The notes below the pieces were generated by a model. That model had not been told where the DNA came from. It ran no database searches and worked only from the letters and a program-made list of their open reading frames with translations. Shown here piece by piece: positions 6,394-14,549 of a DNA stretch of 26,776 nucleotides. Origin of the DNA: a virus. Lineage: Duplodnaviria > Caudoviricetes. Position numbers and translations under genes: made by a program. The stretch lies in IMG/VR virus record IMGVR_UViG_3300033559_000106, positions 1 through 26,776 of that record; one strand, written 5' to 3'. Within the stretch, counting starts at the first letter, position 1. Each line of letters begins with the position of its first letter.

Positions 6394-6424
6394 CAGAGCT
6401 GGCTTCGGCTGGCTCTGATTTTTT
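6394..6424 (+). terminator. Intrinsic terminator after the tRNA transcript
   Basis: CAGAGCTGGC-TTCG-GCTGGCTCTG stem with cUUCGg loop, followed by ATTTTTT. Confidence 0.8.
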
Positions 6425-6437
6425 AAACACAAAAGAT

Positions 6438-6899
6438 ATGAAAAAAGATATGAAAAAAGTTTTGCAACAATTAAAAAATGTCAGTATTGAAAATTTTGTA
6501 GATATTGATAATTTAAAAGATAGAATGTTAAAATTAGAAAATTTTGTCGGTAGAAATATTCCATCAGCCGCAAATGATATTCCAATAAAAGTATTAAATA
6601 CAGACGAAGAAATACTACTTTGCGAAACTAAAATTGAAAAATTAACAAAGATTTTAACTTCGGAACAAAAAAAGCTAAATGATTTATTTAATTCTTTGCC
6701 CGACTTGGAACGAATTGAAAAAAAACAAATTACAGTTTTATACGGATATTCGGAAACTGGCGAAAAATTAGTAGAAAAAGGTATTTTTGAAAAAATATAC
6801 ATGATAGAAGACGAAAGGTATTCAAAAGAAGAAATAAACGAATTAAATGATATAACTAAAAAAAATGTTGAAATTTTTTATTATAGAATAAAAAAATGA
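6438..6899 (+). CDS. Hypothetical phage protein with coiled-coil segment
   Basis: Start moved from 6366 to ATG 6438 (or 6450, within a 12-bp duplication AAAAGATATGAA), because 6366 lies upstream of the terminator. Confidence 0.7.
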   Translation: MKKDMKKVLQQLKNVSIENFVDIDNLKDRMLKLENFVGRNIPSAANDIPIKVLNTDEEILLCETKIEKLTKILTSEQKKLNDLFNSLPDLERIEKKQITVLYGYSETGEKLVEKGIFEKIYMIEDERYSKEEINELNDITKKNVEIFYYRIKK

Positions 6900-7162
6900 C
6901 ACTAAAAGAAAGATTTTTGGAATTGCAAAACGAATATATACAAGCGTTTGCAGAAAAACAAGAGGTAGATATTGAATACTACGAAAAAAAAAATGAAATC
7001 GAAATTCAGTATATTTGCGAAATTACAATAAATTTAGAAGACTTGATGTTTGATATTGACAATAATATTCCAAAAGGTGCTTTTTTTGATTATTACAACA
7101 GCGAAACAAAATTTAATTACGAAAAATATTATAGATACGAATGGCAACCTCGAAAATCTTAG
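6896..7162 (+). CDS. Hypothetical phage protein (88 aa)
   Basis: ATGA-coupled ORF. Confidence 0.7.
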   Translation: MTLKERFLELQNEYIQAFAEKQEVDIEYYEKKNEIEIQYICEITINLEDLMFDIDNNIPKGAFFDYYNSETKFNYEKYYRYEWQPRKS

Positions 7163-7497
7163 CAATAGAAAGCATTTTAAAACGTTATTTAAACAAAGAA
7201 ATTACTTTATTTATTTCAACTTCGGAAATAATTAGTATATTTGCTAAAATAAGAAATTCGGACCAAAACGCTAAATATTGGGTGTGGTTATCAATTTTGG
7301 AACAACACACTGGGCATTCAAAAGAAGAGTTACATGATATTTTTAAATACAAATTTTTATCTTTTGACAAAATGTTTTTTGATAGTAATTATAAAATCTT
7401 AAAAAGTACTACAAAATTAAGCAAGTTTGAATTTTGCGAGTATTTAAATAAAATTCAAATTTTTGCGAGCGAGTTTTTTAATATTAATTTAGAATAA
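7141..7497 (+). CDS. NinB-like recombination protein
   Basis: RNSDQNAKYWVWL...GHSKEELHDIFKYKFL...STTKLSKFEFCEYLNKI pattern of the NinB/DUF1367-like family. Confidence 0.7.
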   Translation: MATSKILAIESILKRYLNKEITLFISTSEIISIFAKIRNSDQNAKYWVWLSILEQHTGHSKEELHDIFKYKFLSFDKMFFDSNYKILKSTTKLSKFEFCEYLNKIQIFASEFFNINLE

Positions 7498-7499
7498 AA

Positions 7500-7685
7500 A
7501 TGGCGAAAGAAAAAAGTTTTGAAATAAATATTTGTGGTGAAACTACCAACGGCAAATGGAAAGGCAAATTGAAAAAAGGAATGTCGAGTTATTTTACGTT
7601 TGGTAAAATTAGCAAAAAAAGAATAATAAAAGTGCTAAAAAAAGAAATAAAAGAATTAAAAAAAAGTAAATTGAAATATCTATAA
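7500..7685 (+). CDS. Small basic hypothetical protein (61 aa)
   Basis: Starts 2 nt after the previous stop. Confidence 0.6.
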   Translation: MAKEKSFEINICGETTNGKWKGKLKKGMSSYFTFGKISKKRIIKVLKKEIKELKKSKLKYL

Positions 7686-7696
7686 AAATGTAAATT

Positions 7697-7858
7697 ATGA
7701 ATATTGAAATTGCAACAAATTTAGATAACAACAAAGATGTTATTTTAATTGACAAAAATAACGAAAAAACGAAATTTGTATTAAATTGCAATAATCAAAT
7801 AGAAATAACAGAGCAGGACGTTATTAATGCAATTGAAAATCAAATTGAATTAAATTAA
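7697..7858 (+). CDS. Small hypothetical protein (53 aa, not in ORF track)
   Basis: MNIEIATNLDNNKDVILIDKNNEKTKFVLNCNNQIEITEQDVINAIENQIELN* fills the gap. Confidence 0.55.
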   Translation: MNIEIATNLDNNKDVILIDKNNEKTKFVLNCNNQIEITEQDVINAIENQIELN

Positions 7859-7928
7859 ATTAAATGGTTTCAATGTTATTAAATAAATCAAATCATGGAA
7901 TATATAAGCGAAATAAAAAAAGAAAAAC

Positions 7929-8189
7929 ATGGGTACACAAAGAAAGACTATTTTAGAAATTTATGGCGAACCAATGTATTCAAAACAAGTAAATTCAAAA
8001 ATAACGAATAGATTAAAATTATTAGAAATGTTTATTAAAAAAGATACAAACGAACCAATTTATTTTTGTACGTTTCACGATGGCAAAGTAAATTCAGAAG
8101 ACAAAATGTTTTTAATTTTAGAAGAAGATTGCATAAACAAAGAAAATAACGAATTTATACAAAAAAGTAAGTTGTTATTAACGTTATAA
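7929..8189 (+). CDS. Hypothetical phage protein (86 aa)
   Basis: ORF with A-rich leader. Confidence 0.6.
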   Translation: MGTQRKTILEIYGEPMYSKQVNSKITNRLKLLEMFIKKDTNEPIYFCTFHDGKVNSEDKMFLILEEDCINKENNEFIQKSKLLLTL

Positions 8190-8328
8190 CAAACAACAAA
8201 CCAACTTAATACAACAGTTTAAAAAGTAGTGAAAATAACAACAAAAAAGCAAAATTTAAGTAAAGTATTATTTGAATATTGTATTTTAATATATATACTA
8301 AAAACTATAATAGTTTAATTTAGAAAAA

Positions 8329-8685
8329 ATGACAAAAGAAAAGACAAAAAGAATAAGAAAAAAAACTATTGTAAAAAACAAAGAATCAAAGCCAAAGCGA
8401 CAAAAATATGGCGGTAGACAAAAGGGTGTACAAAATAAAATAACCGTTGAAATAAAAGAAAAATTGCAAATTATTGAATCTTCGCAAACCGTAGATATTA
8501 TACTCGACTCTTTAAATAAATTAAGGGAAACAGATATTTTGCAATTTTTAAAATTGCATTTAGAATATTGCAAATTATTACTTCCGAAACAAATTGATTT
8601 AAACAATCCAGATGGCTCATTGCAACCAACAAATGTAGTTTTGTCTGACAAACAAATGTCGCAGTATGCTAATTTAATCAAATAA
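8329..8685 (+). CDS. terS: Putative terminase small subunit
   Basis: Abuts terL. KYGGRQKGVQNKIT motif seen in small basic proteins preceding terL. Confidence 0.65.
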   Translation: MTKEKTKRIRKKTIVKNKESKPKRQKYGGRQKGVQNKITVEIKEKLQIIESSQTVDIILDSLNKLRETDILQFLKLHLEYCKLLLPKQIDLNNPDGSLQPTNVVLSDKQMSQYANLIK

Positions 8686-10287
8686 ATGGAATATAAAAAA
8701 CCAAAATACTTAGCTTTGCATAAAGCCACGTTCACTGACGAAACCGATGGCAAAGTAAAGTTAATAGATTACGAAAATTTAAATGCTGAGCAAATAGCAG
8801 TTTTTAAGTATATAACTTTGAATAGTTTATATATGTTCGTTCAATTTTGGTTTTATATTGTTTACCGTAGAGAATTTAATTTGAATTGGCATCAGGAGTT
8901 GATATGTAATGAATTGACAAAAGCAGCCGCCTACGAAATTGAATTTTTAAATATTAATATCCCCCCTCGTCTTGGCAAGACCGAGTTAGCTGGCGTTAAT
9001 TTCGTATCGTGGAGTATTGCCAAAAATCCGCAAGCAAATAATCTATACATTACTTACGCTGGTGATTTAAAAACAGACACTTCAAGAAAAATCCAAAACA
9101 TTGTAAAGCATCCTTTGTTTAAAAGAATGTACGGTGTGGAAATCCGCAAAGATAGTACCGCAAAAGACTTGTGGGTAACCACACAAAATGGTACATTTAA
9201 AGCAGCAACAATCGGGGGCAGTATTACAGGTTTCGGGGCAGGTATAGTAAAGCCCGACTTGACGGATTTAATTGAATATATAGCTGGTTTTAACGGCTCA
9301 ATTATTTTAGATGATATAAATAAAATAGCAGATACTACAAGCCAGAATAAAAGAAATCAAACCGTAATAGATACTGTTTTAAATACTGTTTTAAGTAGAA
9401 AAAACAGTCCAGACACGCCTATTATAAATATTCAACAAAGAGCAGGACTTCAAGATATAACTGCAACCTTGCTAAAATTTTACGAAAAAAAAGTAAAAAA
9501 AAGTTCCATTGTTTTGCCAATCTACACTTTGCGACATTCCACAAATGAAAAAGGCGAAGATATTGTAATAAAAGATTATTTGTGGGAATCTCGATTTGGC
9601 GAAGAGCAATGCAATGAAATAAAAGATAATCCTTTGACTTCTGCAACTTTTGAAACACAATATCTACAAGTCCCTGTCGCTGCTGGCGATTTATTTTTTG
9701 AAAAATCAAAACTAAAATATTTTGAATTAAAAGATATTGAAAATAAAAACGTGGAGATGGTTTTATCATTTACGGACCCAAACGCAGCTGGTGATGATTA
9801 TTTTAGTACTGCTTTTGTGAAACTTATTGAAAATAAATTATATGTTTTCGATGTTATATTTAGAAATAAACAAGATAATTGTTTATATGAATTATACGAA
9901 AAAATAACAAAATACAATTCATTTAAAAATATAATTGAAAATAACACAGGCAGTGTTTATTTGCAAGGACAATTATTACAATTCTTTTTACCGCAAGTAA
10001 AAGTAAAAAGTGATTTAGAAAAATACATAAAAACTTTGAAATATCAATTATTCTTCCCGAAGGAGAGTTTAAACAAAGAAGTTAGAATTACGAATTGGAA
10101 AGACTTTATTTTAGGTAATATTTATTTTCGCAAAGATATAACTAATAAAAACGTTGAATATTATGATTTTATGGAAAACTTAACAAACTATTGCAAAAGT
10201 GCAAAACATGACGATGCGGCAGACGTTTGTGCTGCTATATCAAAATTTTCATTTAATAATTTTGGTATAATAAAAAATAATATTTAA
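8686..10287 (+). CDS. terL: Terminase large subunit
   Basis: LNWHQ, Walker A INIPPRLGKTE, GGSITGFGAG, Walker B IILDD, IINIQQR, nuclease motifs FTDPNAAGDDY and HDDAAD. Confidence 0.93.
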   Translation: MEYKKPKYLALHKATFTDETDGKVKLIDYENLNAEQIAVFKYITLNSLYMFVQFWFYIVYRREFNLNWHQELICNELTKAAAYEIEFLNINIPPRLGKTELAGVNFVSWSIAKNPQANNLYITYAGDLKTDTSRKIQNIVKHPLFKRMYGVEIRKDSTAKDLWVTTQNGTFKAATIGGSITGFGAGIVKPDLTDLIEYIAGFNGSIILDDINKIADTTSQNKRNQTVIDTVLNTVLSRKNSPDTPIINIQQRAGLQDITATLLKFYEKKVKKSSIVLPIYTLRHSTNEKGEDIVIKDYLWESRFGEEQCNEIKDNPLTSATFETQYLQVPVAAGDLFFEKSKLKYFELKDIENKNVEMVLSFTDPNAAGDDYFSTAFVKLIENKLYVFDVIFRNKQDNCLYELYEKITKYNSFKNIIENNTGSVYLQGQLLQFFLPQVKVKSDLEKYIKTLKYQLFFPKESLNKEVRITNWKDFILGNIYFRKDITNKNVEYYDFMENLTNYCKSAKHDDAADVCAAISKFSFNNFGIIKNNI

Positions 10288-10297
10288 CTAAAAATAT

Positions 10298-10328
10298 TTT
10301 GATAAGTAAAAAATTATATTTACATTTG
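10298..10328 (+). promoter_or_regulatory. Bacteroidota-type promoter (TTTG-19 nt-TACATTTG)
   Basis: TTTG at 10298-10301 and TAnnTTTG at 10321-10328 with canonical spacing. Confidence 0.75.
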
Positions 10329-10356
10329 TGAAATGATTAATTTAAAAAATAATCAA

Positions 10357-10929
10357 ATGGATATAGATTTTGGAATAAACTGCGAAACATTGTTAAATAT
10401 ACCTACTTATTTTAGTAATCTTGAATTATTTAAGGATAATAATAAATTGCAATCGTTGATAATAGAATTATCTAATTATATAAATCGTAGTGAAATTGAA
10501 TTATTTTATAATCAATTAAAAACAGAAGTAGAGAATAGTTTAGAATTAAGTACTAATTATATATTTGAATGTTTTGGAAACAGAATAAAATACGAAAGAT
10601 TAAAACAACAAGGTTTAATAACAGAGTTAGGAATGATTGCTGAGGAATTTTCATATATTTGCAAAGATAGAATGTTAATAATAACTGGTCATGGTGCGGA
10701 TGGGGACAGTGGATTATCTCATAAAATAGCAACTCGTTTGATAGAAAATCCAAAAGTAGTATTGATTTTGCGGCACAAAAAAGAAATTGATTTAAATGAA
10801 TTGATAAAATTAGCTAAAAAACACACTGATAATATTATAACTGATATTGATTTAAATGATTATAAAAAACCAACTAAACCAAACAAAAGGCATAAAAAAT
10901 GGCAAAGTCTGTATAAGTTTCACAAATAA
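10357..10929 (+). CDS. Hypothetical protein in accessory block between terL and portal
   Basis: ATG 10357 has an A-rich leader. ATG 10333 would be essentially leaderless. Confidence 0.65.
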   Translation: MDIDFGINCETLLNIPTYFSNLELFKDNNKLQSLIIELSNYINRSEIELFYNQLKTEVENSLELSTNYIFECFGNRIKYERLKQQGLITELGMIAEEFSYICKDRMLIITGHGADGDSGLSHKIATRLIENPKVVLILRHKKEIDLNELIKLAKKHTDNIITDIDLNDYKKPTKPNKRHKKWQSLYKFHK

Positions 10930-11007
10930 AATAATAGATTATGAACGAAGAAACACAAATTAGGTATATAAAAACTATAAGTGCAAAGTATTTAATAGAT
11001 TAGAATT

Positions 11008-11121
11008 ATGAAAATTTTAAAAAACGGTTTGCAATTATTAGAAATTGGATTTGAAAAAATTGACAAAGAAATGGAATCGGGTGACGATGACCGTACTTAT
11101 TTACGAATTAAAAAAACATGA
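11008..11121 (+). CDS. Small hypothetical protein or gene remnant (37 aa, not in ORF track)
   Basis: MKILKNGLQLLEIGFEKIDKEMESGDDDRTYLRIKKT*. Stop overlaps ATG 11118. Confidence 0.4.
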   Translation: MKILKNGLQLLEIGFEKIDKEMESGDDDRTYLRIKKT

Positions 11122-11555
11122 TACAAACAATAGAATATCCAGACGTAGAATTGCCAAAATACGAACCCTCAAAAAGTATAGAGGTAAAGAGTTTTTTAAA
11201 AAAAGAAATTGTAAATAATAACATTAGATTTAAGTTTTATTTAAAAAATAGTGACGAACGAGTTAATAGTTATTTGTATTACAATGATATTTATTTAGTG
11301 TTTATTGATTTTAATACAAACACAAATGAAATTTTTGACCTTATTAATTTATTAAAAAGGTTTCGTGCTTTAAATGATAATAATTTATTGCAAAATAATT
11401 TAAAAATTAGAAATGGTTGGTTGTTGTGTTGTTACGAAAATCATTACAAAATATCGGGTTTTGATATTGAACTTCAAAAAAACGATTTATTTGATTTATT
11501 AGAATGTTTACAATATATTAATAATTTTTTGAAAATAATTGAAAAATGGAAATAA
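11118..11555 (+). CDS. Hypothetical protein (145 aa)
   Basis: ORF overlapping the next start. Confidence 0.65.
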   Translation: MIQTIEYPDVELPKYEPSKSIEVKSFLKKEIVNNNIRFKFYLKNSDERVNSYLYYNDIYLVFIDFNTNTNEIFDLINLLKRFRALNDNNLLQNNLKIRNGWLLCCYENHYKISGFDIELQKNDLFDLLECLQYINNFLKIIEKWK

Positions 11556-11959
11556 AAATAAATACAAATGATTGGACTAAAAAGAATAGTTGTTTTGGTT
11601 ATACTCCAGAGATATTGCCAAGAGAAAAGATTTTTATAAATATAAAATCAGACACTTTTTATAAATTAAATATAAAAAATTATACTGAAGCAGTTGAGTT
11701 AGTAAAAGAATGTAGAAAATACTTTGGCAATTATCTACAAAATGCTAAAATACAAATGATTGCACCTGAAATAACACGCAGTATTGACTATAATGAGTTA
11801 AACTATACTCACAAAGATTTTAACTATAATTCTTGCAACGATTCTTTTATTGAAATAGACTTGTGTTTTAATCAGTTTGATTTTATTAGTGAAATATTAG
11901 ATAAATTTAAAATATTCAATAATAATTTGAAAAATAATTTGCAATATCAATTATTATAA
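11546..11959 (+). CDS. Hypothetical protein (137 aa)
   Basis: ORF whose 3' end overlaps the late promoter. Confidence 0.65.
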   Translation: MEIKINTNDWTKKNSCFGYTPEILPREKIFINIKSDTFYKLNIKNYTEAVELVKECRKYFGNYLQNAKIQMIAPEITRSIDYNELNYTHKDFNYNSCNDSFIEIDLCFNQFDFISEILDKFKIFNNNLKNNLQYQLL

Positions 11960-11968
11960 TTATATTTG
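11938..11968 (+). promoter_or_regulatory. Bacteroidota-type promoter for the structural operon (TTTG-19 nt-TATATTTG)
   Basis: TTTG at 11938-11941 and TAnnTTTG at 11961-11968. Confidence 0.75.
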
Positions 11969-12103
11969 CAAAAATAAGTTTTGCGGCTTTATAGAAAGCC
12001 GATTTGCTAACTAATTTACGTAGATTTTTTAGCATAAATTATAATTGTAAAAAGTTTTTTTAGCAACGATGCCCTACGGAAAGGCATCACAAAAGCTGTA
12101 AAA

Positions 12104-13471
12104 ATGTCAATATTAAACAATATTTTTTCATACTTTAGAAGGGGTAACCGAAGACTTCAATACCAAGATGGTGTTGAAGTTCTCGGCATTCCTGGTTACA
12201 CCAACCCCGAAATACCAATGTACACAAAAGAAGGTATTTTTGAAATGTATTTAAATAATGACATTCTCCAATCTATCATTCAAAAAAAGTGTGACGCATT
12301 TTCACGCGGCTATTTATATTGCGAAGACTCTAAAGGCAATAAAATAAATTCCGAAACTTTATATCCATTCATTTTGTCGGAAAATCCAGATTTACAAACA
12401 AGTTCAGAAGAAAAAAACAAGCAAAAATACGAAGATTTTTTAAAATGTTTTTATGAACAATATTTATTATTTGACAAAGTAATAATATTGAAAAAAAACA
12501 AATTAGGTAATATTTTTACTCCTACTTCAAAAGCAATTATACTTAATTATCTATATTGTAACATTGTTTACAAGCAAACATATTCTATTTATGACGTATC
12601 TGTCATTGATTATATTGAATATACCGAGAATGGAACTATATACCGACTAAATGAAGGTGATTACTCCATTTATTCAAAACAATATAGATTATTACCAAAC
12701 GAAGAATTATTTAGTTTAACGGCTTTAGAAAAGCCGTTAAATGTAATTTGGACTGCTCTCTCGGTTATGTTAAATGTTCAGAAAAAACCTTTCGCGGGCA
12801 TGATTACACCGAAGCAAGACAAATTAGATAATAATGACTTTATAGGTAGTGCGAAAGGTTTAACCGATGACGAAGAAGAAGAGATTAATAAAAAGTTTTC
12901 TAAATTTAATTTATTAAGTGGTAAAGAGGGTTATACATTTTTAGTTTCAAAACGTTCATTAGATTATCAAAGTTTAATGATTGATATTTCTAAATTTAAT
13001 TTAAAAGAAAATACAACCGAATGTGTTAAAAGAGTATGTAGTTCATTAAATTTCCCTGTTACTTCTTTAAATTTCACTGATAGTAAATATTCAGATAAAC
13101 AAGATTTTACAAAAGAACACTATACGGATAGTATAATTCCATTTTGGAATAAATTTATAACATTCTTAAATGATATGTTTTTATATACCAACGCATCGGG
13201 CAAAAAAATATCTACAAAAAAAGATTTTATTTGTATAGATTATTCACACATCGAATGCTTGCAAAGCGATTTAAAAACGAAATTTGAATTAAATAATATT
13301 CAAAGTACAAATATTTTAAATATTAACAATTCAATTTATAACGGCATAATGACTTTTGATAACGGACTAACTTTATTAATTGAACAGGGATATGATATTG
13401 AAACAGCTAAAAATTTATTAACTAATAAAATACAATCAAATGGAACAAATATATTGCCTCAAAGTCTTTAA
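12104..13471 (+). CDS. Portal protein
   Basis: Size (455 aa), position ahead of protease and capsid, and HK97-portal-like segments (KRVCSSLNFPVTSL...KYSD...YTDSIIP, IDYSHIECLQSD). Confidence 0.8.
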   Translation: MSILNNIFSYFRRGNRRLQYQDGVEVLGIPGYTNPEIPMYTKEGIFEMYLNNDILQSIIQKKCDAFSRGYLYCEDSKGNKINSETLYPFILSENPDLQTSSEEKNKQKYEDFLKCFYEQYLLFDKVIILKKNKLGNIFTPTSKAIILNYLYCNIVYKQTYSIYDVSVIDYIEYTENGTIYRLNEGDYSIYSKQYRLLPNEELFSLTALEKPLNVIWTALSVMLNVQKKPFAGMITPKQDKLDNNDFIGSAKGLTDDEEEEINKKFSKFNLLSGKEGYTFLVSKRSLDYQSLMIDISKFNLKENTTECVKRVCSSLNFPVTSLNFTDSKYSDKQDFTKEHYTDSIIPFWNKFITFLNDMFLYTNASGKKISTKKDFICIDYSHIECLQSDLKTKFELNNIQSTNILNINNSIYNGIMTFDNGLTLLIEQGYDIETAKNLLTNKIQSNGTNILPQSL

Positions 13472-13604
13472 AAATGAAAATTTAAAACAGTTTTTAGAAA
13501 GGAATATTAACGTTAAAAGCGAAAAAGAATTAAAAGATATTTATTATAACGAAAAAATAAAACAAAAAAATGAAAATATTAAAACCACAATTTATAAAGA
13601 CTAA
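13440..13604 (+). CDS. Small ORF (54 aa) bridging portal and protease, not in ORF track
   Basis: MEQIYCLKVFKNENLKQFLERNINVKSEKELKDIYYNEKIKQKNENIKTTIYKD*. A-rich leader, overlaps both neighbours. Confidence 0.45.
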   Translation: MEQIYCLKVFKNENLKQFLERNINVKSEKELKDIYYNEKIKQKNENIKTTIYKD

Positions 13605-14541
13605 AAAAGAATTTTATCAATACATAATTGATAACGAACAACAAATTTTAAATGAAAAAAAATCGCATTTAAAAAACTTTGTTTTTTCTTTGGAAGTTCC
13701 ATTTGAAATTAACGAAAATAAAGAAGGTGTATCTCAGAAGGCATATTTTAACGGCATTTTACCAAAAAATACTGACAGCATACTTTATGCTACAATAGTT
13801 GGTAATACGTCAAATGTTATGGACAGTCATGGTGATAATCAAGACCATAATTGTTGGAATAAAACTTTGAGTGATTCTAAAAAAAGCAAACGAGATATTC
13901 CATTTAAAAACCAACATCGTTCGGGAATTGAAAATAATTTAATGATTAACTGCAATCCATACGTTAAAGAAATTTTTTGGCGAGATTTAAATGTTAATAA
14001 AGATGGCGTTACTACTTGTTTACTTGCTGATATTGCAATAGATAAGAGCCGAGTTCCTGATTATATTTGGAAAGGTTTTATAAGTGGAGAAATAAAACAA
14101 TTTTCAGTTGGAATGCAATACGTAAAGTTAGTTACTTGTATTAATGACCCAGATTATAAAGATGCTTTCGCAAATTGGACAACTTACTTTCCGAGTTTAA
14201 TAAATCAACAAGAAGCCGAAGACGAGGGAATGTTTTGGCAAGTTTTAGAATGTAAGTTGTTTGAAATTAGCTGTGTAGAGAGAGGTTCATGTCCAGTAAC
14301 AGGTGTTATTGATAACAACAGTCAAAATAAAGAATTACAACAAACTGAACTTGAAATTATTAAAAACGAAATATTAGAAAATAAAAACGAAATATTAGCA
14401 CTCAAAAATGAAATTGAAAAAATCAAGCCGCAAATAGCACTTGAAATTGAAAAATCGGAAGAGCCGCAAAAAATAGAAAAGGAAATTGTAACAGCCGAAA
14501 AAGTTACTGAAAAAAAACGAAATTTTAACTTATATTTATAA
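13570..14541 (+). CDS. Prohead maturation protease (HK97-type) with C-terminal coiled coil
   Basis: NTSNVMDSHGD, NQH, QFSVGMQYV and KLFEISCVERGS motifs. Located between portal and capsid. Confidence 0.82.
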   Translation: MKILKPQFIKTKKEFYQYIIDNEQQILNEKKSHLKNFVFSLEVPFEINENKEGVSQKAYFNGILPKNTDSILYATIVGNTSNVMDSHGDNQDHNCWNKTLSDSKKSKRDIPFKNQHRSGIENNLMINCNPYVKEIFWRDLNVNKDGVTTCLLADIAIDKSRVPDYIWKGFISGEIKQFSVGMQYVKLVTCINDPDYKDAFANWTTYFPSLINQQEAEDEGMFWQVLECKLFEISCVERGSCPVTGVIDNNSQNKELQQTELEIIKNEILENKNEILALKNEIEKIKPQIALEIEKSEEPQKIEKEIVTAEKVTEKKRNFNLYL

Positions 14542-14549
14542 TTTATTTT

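Noticed and set aside
6366-6437. N-terminal extension of ORF 6366
   Set aside because: It runs through the cUUCGg terminator. ATG 6438/6450 has the proper A-rich leader.
7050-7235. + strand 61-aa ORF in track
   Set aside because: Fully overlapped by ORFs 6896-7162 and 7141-7497 in other frames, with no independent support.
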